Part shown: piece by piece, positions 53,150 through 64,000 of the stretch
Layout: each line of letters opens with the position of its first letter
Position numbering within the stretch: the stretch's first letter is position 1
Origin: Eledone cirrhosa
Taxonomy: Eukaryota
DNA length: 64,000 bases
NCBI GenBank assembly: GCA_964016885.1
Contig: OZ024745.1
Location: forward strand, 38,502,001-38,566,000
Direction of reading: 5' to 3'
Made by a program: the position numbers and the translations under genes
Notes under the pieces: model-generated
What the model was told of the DNA's origin: nothing
The model's database searches: none
What the model saw: the letters and a program-made list of their open reading frames with translations, nothing else

Positions 53150-56100
53150 GTCACTACATCAGAGAGAAGATTGTCTCTCTCCCTCCCTTCTCTTTCGAAA
53201 GCGACGCTAGTAAACAAAAAGAAAATTATAGCTTCTGATAGTTTCCAAGAGCACGTGCATACCTTGAACATTTCTCCACGACGACGAGAACGACGAAAAA
53301 TGTGTGCGGTAAATACGGAAAGCCATTTCATTCGTCTGACGTCATGACTAATAGCAGTAGCAGCCGTAATAACAGCAGCAGCAGCAACAGTTACAAGGAA
53401 AACAATAGTAGCAGCCGCGACAGCATCAGCAGCAGCATAAACAACAACAGCAGCAGCAGGAACAGCAACAGCAACAGCAGCCGAAGCAACAACAACAACA
53501 ACAACCACAGCAACAGCGGCGGCGGCAGTCGTAGTACTAGCAGCAACAACAAAAGTAACAGCAGCTCTGATGACAACAACAACAACAACAACAAGAAAGA
53601 AACACAAATCTCGTTTGCAGGTGTCGCAAAGAATCTGGAAACCATCCTTATAACGAATGAGGAATTACAGGAAGCAACGAAGATGGTGACGAAAACCGGA
53701 CACCGAGCAATCTGCAAGGCAGCCGAAAAATTTTTCGAAACACAACAGCACTGTATGGTCACGTACCGTGCAGTAAGCACAAAATCACGTAGGGTTGAAA
53801 GAGCCACAGAGGCTCAAAAACAAATATCCTTAGGGTCTGGGTGGCAGCGGAAAACGCATATCACCCGAAGCAAGAAATATGCAACCGTGGACGTGTTTTT
53901 TGCCACACCCCAGGAGGCAAAGGTACAATCCTTAGAGACCCTAAGGAGCGAGGAAATGGTGTTGGTGCCCTCCTACTGCGGATAAAAAAATTGTGAGGGT
54001 TAAACTGACCCCCCCCCCCTGTCCTCGTCGGAATCGAGGACAAAAGAACTGTACTGCAAGTACAAAAAAAAGTACGAGAAGATTGGGTCGGCACCTCAAT
54101 TGAGATGTTAATCCAAACCAAGCAGGAGTGCATCGAAGCTATCCCGGATGTGATAGACTTCGATAACGGCACTCAACTGCCCATAAGTGTTGGGGGCAAA
54201 CGTCCGAAACTCTTTCGCTGTGGATCGAAGACTCACCTCAGGGCCATCTGCAACGAGAAGACCCTGAGAAAGGAGAAAACCCCCCTCCGTCCGAAACCGG
54301 CTCCACTGCTACCAGCAACAGGACAGGCGGCAAGCACGAGGGATACATCCATGGCACCCATACCTCGTCACGGAAATCAAGAACAGCAGCAGCAATGGAA
54401 GTATTAACAACAACAACAGTGATACCAACTGCAGTTGCAACAGAGATCCACTGCAAACATCACCAACAACAACAAGTGAAAGAGTGGAGCTGGTACCCCT
54501 CCCCGACTTCATATAATCGGACATGGAGTATGGGGTGGGAGAGGGATGGCAAAAGGTCGCAAGACGGCACAAACGCAGAAGTAGCGCATCGTCGCCTTCG
54601 AAAAGGGAAGAAAGAAATGAAAAAAGGGTTAGGGCTACTGCAAAGAGACTTACAGCAGCAACACCACCAACACAATCACCACCCACACTCGCACCACCAT
54701 CACCACCGGCGGCACACCCCGCAAACAACAACAACACCTTTAACACCACCAAAACAATCTCCAACATCGCAAACACAACAACAAAACACACACACCTTGC
54801 AACAACGACAAGAAAATAGCAGAAACACACCCCACCCCAAGAAAAACAAATGCACAACAATAAATACACACAACAAGAAACTAATGACTTACATAATTTT
54901 ACACACATACATTTCACAGCACGACTACATAATACCAGCACCAATCAAAACACCAACGAACATAAGACTGGTAAGAATAGCACAGAAACACTACACAAAT
55001 ATTAAAACGAAATTCCCCAACGCAGCTGGTGGTTTCATAGACCTAGGAGGAACACTCAACCGGAGAGTATATTCGGATATATTCACAGAAGAGCCGACGA
55101 ACAGCCGAAGGGACGATTCAGCAGTCCCTTCACCAGACGAACGAGTGAAAAGGAATGGGGAAACATCCTTCCTCTACGAGAAGTAGGGTAAGTGGTCTGT
55201 CCCACCTGTTCCACTCCATTTCAACATGACCTCACTCAGAATGGGCAGCATACATGCGCGTGGCTTGGGGTCGTCATGGAAGCAGGACCACCTGCTCAAC
55301 GACCTCAGGTCACTAAACATAGATGTAGTGGCCATTAGCGAAACCAGAATCTCCGAAGCACGGGCCTTCGCACCGATCTTCGGCGGTTACGATATGTACG
55401 CATCTCCCAGCCGTCCTGGATCGAGGGGAGGAGTTGCTGTACTTTTTCGGAGAGGCTTGGATCTCGCCTTACCGGCCATCTTCCTGGACCCAGAAGATAA
55501 TTGGTGGAGCTGGACGTGACCAGCGGAGACGGGCAAGCTGTCAGGCTAGTGGCCGTCTATGCCCCGACAGGACCAGGATGGCTGTTTTCTTCCGGCGTCT
55601 GGAGACCTTTCCTGGAACGTTCCGCTCTTTAGTCTTAGTGGGCGACTGGAATGGGATCTTAGATGCACGCTGGGACTGTGTGGAATTAGCGGATAGGGGA
55701 GGAGGGTGCAAGAGCCTCACCAACCTGCTCAGGCGTGTTGAACTGTCTGACAGGTACCGATTGGATTTCCCGAATGTGCCAATGTGGACCTGGACAAATC
55801 GCCCAAGGTCATCCAGATCATATCTAGATAGAGTATTTTGTAGGGAAATAGATAGGTCTAGCATAGGCTGTCCACAATTCAAGGTAGTCAGCTACACGGA
55901 CCACACATTCGTGTTCTGTGTGCTTGACTTAGATAGGCTTCATATATGTGGACTCAGCTACTGGAGAGCTAAACGCGTCCTTACCAGTGCGCAAGGCCTA
56001 CAGAGACCGGATTAGCGAACTAGTTTATGCGGGCGTTGAAAGGGTCCATCGTCAACAACAAGTGGTGTTTTGCTCTGAAAAGAGCGATTAGAATAGAGTC

Positions 56101-58125
56101 CATTAGGTTTAGTAAGGCTTTAGCAATAGAGAAAAAGTAGAGCAGTGGGAGAACTAGTTAGACAATTAGACGAAGCGCTTAGCAAAGGCATCGCGACCGA
56201 CGTACTTACGGCGAAATTGGCCCTTGACCAATTCTTCAAATTCAAAGCACAAAGGCTGCGTTGTCAGAGCTAGGGTGCGTGCTCTCAAAAACTAGGAGAC
56301 GAAAGCCGTTCAATGGGCCCGAGTGGCGGCGGCGCGTCGTGGCAACAAAGCCAAAATCCGGTCTTTGGTGGACGACGACGGGCACATGCTACTCGACCCC
56401 GGGAAAATGTGTGAAGCTTTTCAGCGACATTTTGCACAGCTGTTCAGGGGCAGCGGCGGGCCGCATCGAGTGATCGACTTTAGTGTCTACCTCGACGGAC
56501 TGCCGCGGCTCTCGGCCACTGAGATGGAGTGTTGTGAAAAGCCGATAACAGCCTCTGAAGTACGGAAGGCAATGACTGGCTGCACAAGAGGTAAATCGCC
56601 TGGCTTAGATGGTCTGCCCTATGAACTTTACGTGCATATGCCAGACTTGTTCGGAGGCCTCTTGGCGGACGTCTACTGCGACTGGCAACATAACGGGAGA
56701 ATTCCCAGCTCTGTGAGCCGAGGAGCTGTGGCGCTGCTGAGAAAGGATCCGAACAAGGGGGATAACAGATAATTTTAGGCCCATAACGAAACACAGAGTT
56801 GTCGTTCGTGGTCTGGTGGGAGAGGCGCAGATATGCGCCATTCCCTACAGATCTATCCACGATAACCTCCACCCCATGCGATACATCGTAGAGAGGGTAG
56901 CTAGGGAACCTGTCACGGGTGGGTCCTTGATCAATTTAGATCAGTCGAGAGCTTTCGATAACGTCGACCATCGTTACCTAGCAGCAGTCCTGAGGGCGTC
57001 TGGCTTTGGGCCCGTCTTCAGAGGCTGGATCGCTGCCATTCACAGCGACATCTGCTCTGTGGTGAGAGTGAACGGTTACCATTCGGAACCGTTCAACATC
57101 ATGCGCTCGGTCCGCCAAGGATGTCCCCTCTCGTCCCTCTTGTACGTATTCACTCTCGAGCCATTACTGCACAAACTGGAGCCGTTGAGGGGAGTCCCGC
57201 GGAACTAGAATGCGGAAGATCAGTGTCAGCATATGCCGACGATGTCACCGTAGTGGTGTCGAACGCCAAACACATCGAGGCGATCGGCACTACACTAAGA
57301 GAATACGAAGCGGTGACAGGAGAAATGATTAACTAGGAAACGTCAGTGGGCCTGCAGCTCGGCACCTGGAGAGGCAGGTTCATGCCGTCCAACAGCGTCA
57401 TCAGGCGCTAGACGGACGGACCGGATAAATTGCTAGGGGTCTGGTTCGGTCCGGACCACCAGACAGACAAAAACTGGGACGAGGTGACGAGCAGGGTGGC
57501 TTCTCTCACCCAGAAATGGGCGGAGAGGAAGCTATCCCTGAAAGGTCGAGTGGAGGTGGCTACGCGAACATCCCGTCCGTCTTCCACTACCGCCTGACCG
57601 TCGTACCATGTCCTAAGCCCCCTCTTCCTTTAGCCGGGAAGGACAGGCAGTTTTTATCTGTCTAGTGGCCATGGCGAAAGAGATATATGGTGGACACGTT
57701 TGAGAGGGCTGAAGACGAGCACTTACCTCTTCGGTGATGCCCTGATTATCTTTTTCAAATTTCATTTGAAAAGGAAAATGAGGGTAGAGAGGGAAGTGCT
57801 CTCTTCCCAGCATTTTGTTGAAAGATGGGTGAGAGAAGCAAGTATTGCCCGTGTGAATGAGCCTACTATGAGTATGTTTCTGTAAATTAAAGGTGGAAAA
57901 CTGGGAGAGGGCACTTGCCCTGGTGATCAGGGTCTCTGTGGCCTTTTAATGGGCTTTCTCCACAAATGTCTCTCGGAAGTCTCCCCCTATTGGGGAATTT
58001 TTCATTGTTTTTTTTATTACATCCTCTGTTTTTTTTACACGCAGAAATGCCCATTTGTACCGTCCTGTATTGTCCTGTACTGTCCTTCATGTCTACTTTA
58101 TGTAAACCCTTGTGGTTAATAAAAA
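53150..58125 (+). mobile_element. Near full-length Tx1/L1-like LINE, inactivated
   Basis: ORF1 remnant with knuckle FRCGSKTHLRAIC; ORF2 from 55226 with APE motifs (ARGL, VAISET, LVGDWN, SYLDR, TDH) and RT motifs (KSPGLDG, VRQGCPLS, AYADD); AATAAA then (ATT)n at the 3' end; many frameshifts. The 5' boundary is approximate. Confidence 0.88.
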
Positions 58126-58199
58126 TAATCATTATTATTATTATTATTTTTATTATTATTATTATTAATATTATGACCACTTAGGCGCTAAAATAACTG

Positions 58200-58320
58200 A
58201 GTATGATGTAGAGACTGAGGTGGTGCCAATGGTGATTGGGCCGCTACACATAGTTCCTAAACGCAAGCCATTCGATCCCCGACATCATAGGCAGTACGTA
58301 GTTTTGGAACATCAATATTG
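58200..58320 (+). mobile_element. Old Dong/R4 3' endonuclease remnant
   Basis: VETEVVPMVIGPLHIVPK resembles the V.P.V.GALG motif; follows (ATT)n. Confidence 0.45.
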
Positions 58321-58897
58321 AGTCTCTGATATCAGGGACTGCTCTTAGGCCATTTAATGCATCTCCTAGCAACCGATTGCTAGAAAAACACACACAAATT
58401 AGTTTAAAGAATTAATTATATATATATATATATAAGAATTAATTATATATATATTATATATATATAAGTGTGATACATATTCACTAACATCGACCCACAT
58501 GCGCTACACACACACCTACGCACATATGTATCTATATATATATATATATTTTTTTTTTTTTTCGTGTGTGTGAGGGGTGTGTATTCATAGATAAATAATG
58601 GTCTATATTCGTAAGATTTCAACTATATTCATATAGATATGTATGGGAATTGGAAATTTAAAAATATTATATTTCGTGTATAGGTTACGAAGCATAACAA
58701 CGCAGTGGATTCTATATGTAATTTAGATTTCAAAAATTCTAAGGTATGGATGTCATTTTAATAATATTCAATCAATTTTTCACAGGTTTTCAGTTTTTCA
58801 CAGTTTTTTTTCACCAAATTATATATTTATTTGAAGTGTTGAATTTCATTTTCCCATTACATTTTGATATCTTCATTGATTACATCATCAAATGAAA

Positions 58898-58955
<58 letters not shown>

Positions 58956-59085
58956 ATAATAATAAATTTGAAGACTAAAATCCAAAGAGGGCTCGATAAG
59001 GATAAATATATATCAAATATATAAGAACCGTAGAGCAAATAATTATTAAAATGACAGATTAAACTTTAATCTGTTATTTTAATAA

Positions 59086-59154
<69 letters not shown>

Positions 59155-59255
59155 ATTACCGCCTGCTTGGTGTTGTTGACATACTACTGACATCAACCAA
59201 GTATATATATATATATATATATACATATATATACATATATATATCGATATATGTG

Positions 59256-59735
<480 letters not shown>

Positions 59736-60434
59736 GTATCGATTTCAATACACGTTTTCAGATAACGAATCTTGCTAAACAAATTCAGAAACAAAATATA
59801 TATATATATACGTGTGTGTGTGTGTGTATTGTGTGTGTGTGTGTATGTGAATGTGTCTGTTGACACCTGGAATTTAGCTTAAGAGAAACATGACAATAAT
59901 GATATGATAGGCACCCAATATTTTGAACTGGTTTATAGAATTCTCTTAGCCTTTGTCTCTCTAAGTAGAGCTTTAAAGAATTATCTTTTAAAGAATTTCC
60001 CTTTTCTTTAAATCCATCAACGATGTCCGACCCCCAAACATCATATAGACACCTGAAATAGGCATTGTTAGCCTAAGAGAAACTTAAAAATAAGAAGTGG
60101 CTCCCCTATCTGAACTTGTTTATAGAATTCTTTCAACCTTTGTCACTCTAAATATAAATTATAGCCTTAAAGAATTAGCTTTTAATGAAATCCCTTTACT
60201 TTCAACCAATGACCTCCACCCATCCTACTCCCTACCCTCTCCTACCCCCTGGAAATATATCAATACCACAACATTTATTTTGGAAAGCCAGATTCCTGAT
60301 AATTTCTAAATAATGAAAAAGTTGTAGTCCTGTATAATCTCATCTATATTAAAACCTTTATACTCCGCTCTGTATTGAGTACCTTACTGACTGTGGTTAC
60401 CTCCGATTCAACCCGGAATAACTTACTTATATAT

Positions 60435-61023
60435 ATACAAATACTTGTATCCTTCTTCAGTGTCAATTTCCCTTATCATCTCACATGTTGGTACCTGGAT
60501 TACGTTGCTTCTGCTTAATTTACCCCGCTTCATCACAAGGACTCCACACTTACTAATACCAAATTGCATACATATATCATTGTTGAAAATACGGACAGTG
60601 TCAACAAGCACATCCAACTCCTTCGCACTCTTACCGAAGAGCTTAAGATCGTCCATGAAGACAAGGTGATTGATGGAAAGCTCTCCCCTTCCCAACTTGT
60701 ATCCTGCTCTCACTTTTCGCAGTATAAGGGTCAGGGTCATCAGGGCAAGGACAAACAACAGAGGGGACAGACTATCTCCTGGAAGATACCTCTCTTGATC
60801 GTCACGCTTCCCAAGAATTCTCCAGTTGATGTTAATTCTGTTTAGCAGGACTTCATACTTTTGCACAAGAACTGTCTGATGTTAACTGTCACCTTGGCTT
60901 TTGGTGATCCAAGAATGAGGCACCATGTCAAATGCCTTTTTGTAGTATATCCATCCCATGGCAAGACCAGTGTGTCTCCTCTGGCAATTCCTCATTACCA
61001 TCTTATCAATAAGTAACTGGTCC
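60435..61023 (-). mobile_element. Older Dong/R4 RT fragment (different subfamily)
   Basis: [10 protein letters not shown]...[40 protein letters not shown]. Confidence 0.88.
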
Positions 61024-63391
61024 TTATTATTATTATTACAGTTGCATTTATCTTCCTTTATGTTCATACGAGTTATCACCAAGTCACAACCAGTGACCTC
61101 AAGAGAATAACAAGGTCCGCCATGTTCAAGAAAGAACATACATACTCACACATGCATCTTTAGTGTTTAGACTTGTGATGTACTTATATTGACAGAATCT
61201 TCCTTAGTATATGGGCAGTTCCCATTAGTACTATCTTTTGTATTTCTCCTATACGCGGATTTCCTGGGATTTGCGATAAGTAATCATTAGACCCCTTAGG
61301 TATCATTCCCAGAGCGCCCACAACCGCTGGTATTGTGTTAGTTCTCAATTTCCACATTTTCCAATTTCTATCTCCAGGTCCTTATACTTGCTCAGTTTTT
61401 CAAATGTTTTTATAGATACATTCTTGTCTATTGGAACGGACATATCAATTAGCAGGCATACCCTCTTTTTAAAGTCCTTCAATATTATTTCAGGTCTATT
61501 TGCATCTATTTTTCGGTCTGTCTGGATGCTAAAGTTCCACAAGATTGAGAGGTGATCTTTTTCAAGTATGGGAGGTGGTTGATGCTCCCACCAATTCTTT
61601 TGATGGGGCAGGTCAAAATGCTTACACATTATCCAATGTATGTATTGTGCAGCTCTGTCATGCTTGTTTAGGTATTCGGTTGGAGCTATGGGACTGCACA
61701 TTGAAATTATATGGTCAATGGTCTCTGGTTGTTTTTAGCATACACGGCATAATGGGCTGCATCCATTTTTTATTATGTTGGCTTGGTAATTTTTTGTTGG
61801 CAGACACTGATCTTGTGCTGATATAATCAGTCCTTCAGTCTCCGATTTCAGTCCAGAGGATGCCAACCACTGATGGGTTAAAGTTTTGTCAACATCAGGA
61901 TTGTTAGCTCGCTCTGGGTATTTTCCATACAGAGGCTTTTCTTGCCATTTCTTAGCCAGTTTCTGTAGCAGTTCTTTCTTTGCAGCTACTTTTACCTGCT
62001 TCGCTTTTTCTGTGTTTTCCATTTCAGCAGTAAATGGGACTTCTGAAATGTGTAGTCCATTACTGTATCTTTGTGCATCTTTTGTAATGGAATATGATCT
62101 TTTGATGCTTTCGTGTTTCAAAACGAGTTTGATCATCCAATCATGTGATTCCCTTAGATATGTAGATTATCCAATTGTTGCAGTTTTCAACGCAATGTCT
62201 AACTGGATTAACCCACGTCCTCCTTCTTTCCTAGGGAGATATATTCTATCTATATCTGCCTTAGGGTGATGCATTCTGTGCATGGTTAAGAGTTTCCGAA
62301 TTTTTGTATCGAGCCTACGGATCTCTGTGCTTGACCAGTTGATGACATTGTAACTGTAGCTTACTACTGGTATGGCAAGCGTGTTTATGGCATCGATCCT
62401 ATTCCTTACATTCAATTCCGTTCTTAAGATTGCTCCTACTCTGCGGTAACATTCCTTCCTTATCCTTTCCCTCATTGTCGAGTGCTTGATTCCGTCTCCT
62501 TCACAAACACCTAGATATTTGTAAGTTTTTTCTTGATCAAGTTCTCTTATCACGTTCCCCCGATCAAGATTAATGTCTGAACTCTTCAGCAGCTTTCCTC
62601 TGGTGAACGTTGCTTTGGCGCATTTATCTGGTCCAAACTCCATTTTAATGTCATCACTGAACTGCACCACAGTGGATAATAGCCCTTGCAACTTTTCATC
62701 ATTTTTTGCAAATAGTTTCAGGTCATCCATGTAGAACAAGTGATTAATGGTTGTGTCATAGACTTTATATCCATATATTGTTTTATTGAGCATTTTACTT
62801 AATGGTATAAGTGTGATGCAGAATAAAAGCGGTGATAAAGAGTCACCCTGAAAAATTCCACAATTAATATTAACTTCTCCAGCTTTCAGTGATTTTGTTT
62901 CATTATTCAAAAGGAGCGTCGTTTTCCATGTCTTCATACTGAATGACAAAAGCCTCCTGACAACGGGGGATATTTTGAAAATCTCTAAACATTTTTCAAT
63001 CCAACTGTGTGGCAAACTATCGAATTTTTTTCATAATCTATCCAAGCAATCGATAGATTTGTGTGTCTATTATGACAATCTTCCAGTATCATTTTGTTAA
63101 CCAGAAGCTGATCCTTACAGCCATATTTGCCTCGTTTACACCCTTTCTGCTCAATGGGAAATAGGTCATTTGTTATCAGGTGGTCATATGTGTATTCAGT
63201 TAGAACTGATGTTAAAAGTTTATACATTGTGGTCAAGCAAGTTATCGGTCGGTAATTTTTGGGATTGTTTGTCTCATCATTCTTCGGAAGCAGGAATGTA
63301 TTGCCGTTAACTAGCCATGATGGTATCTTTTCTGGCTCCTTAACTATTTCATTGTAAAGTTGGGCTAACAGCTCATGAGACTCTGTGAAGG

Positions 63392-63395
<4 letters not shown>
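61024..63395 (-). mobile_element. Younger Dong/R4-clade element, 5'-truncated, with (TAA)n on both sides
   Basis: 282 aa RT ORF (GIFQGDSLSP, YMDDLK), zinc knuckle, and restriction-like endonuclease (NRPEII...LIDMSVP...EKLSKY); (TTA)n at 61024-61038 and 63394-63440. Confidence 0.93.
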
Positions 63396-63443
<48 letters not shown>

Positions 63444-64000
63444 TGCCTTGTGGTTAATAAATAAAGTATTATTTGCCTAAATATTCATAGAGGGGCTATG
63501 GATTCAGTAGCATGAAACACGCCTTCCAGCTTCCGTCTCTAATTGATCCTGGTGGAGCTCCAAGTGCGAATATGGGTGGTATCCAACCAACTTGCTAACG
63601 TCTAACCTTACTTCTCCCGGCAGTTGATTTTGCTCGGAAGATATGTCCATCAATTCTTTCCTGTAATCCTCTAACAACATGCTCATAGTATCCGTTCTGT
63701 GGACTTTCTCTTTGGACAACAAGGCTTTTTGAAGGGATGAGTGTCTAAGTCTTCGCAGCACTGATTGTTATAGCAGTCCTCGAGGCATCAAAGGTATCAA
63801 GTGCATGAGATCACCTGATGACGACTTAAGTAATACCATGTCATGTTAACATTCTTGTCGACTAATCCTACACTCGCCTGTCCTGGAAGTACATCCAGTC
63901 CGGTGACACATGTCCAGCCTATTCATGGGTTATGAACAAGAACGGTGAGTGTACGACCACTTGGCAGAGTTTGACTCCTACATGGAATGTTTACACAACA

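Noticed and set aside
63504-64000. ORF 63504-63761 and adjacent higher-GC sequence
   Set aside because: No recognisable motif; possibly another element cut by the window edge.

Overview
AT-rich animal genomic DNA packed with (TA)n/(CA)n/(GA)n microsatellites. The SINE, Dong/R4 and Tx1 content suggests an octopus-like cephalopod (inference, no search run). The only host-gene sequence I can support is two minus-strand exons of a carbonic anhydrase-related protein (CA10/CARP-like): 39234-39388 and 22780-22899, separated by a ~16.3 kb intron. The rest is mobile DNA: tRNA-derived SINEs, two mariner remnants, a small non-autonomous LTR element with a tRNA-Trp primer site, a near full-length Tx1/L1-like LINE, Dong/R4 LINEs in (TAA)n, and RTE fragments. 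The most notable signal is non-coding. Several distinct short repeat families sit next to (TA)n tracts as tandem arrays or fold-back palindromes, and most contain a complete or partial minimal type I hammerhead ribozyme, as expected for Penelope-like pseudo-LTRs or retrozyme-like repeats. Three families show the compensatory U3-A8 core (UUGANAA) instead of C3-G8. Most ORFs in the supplied track are microsatellite translations.
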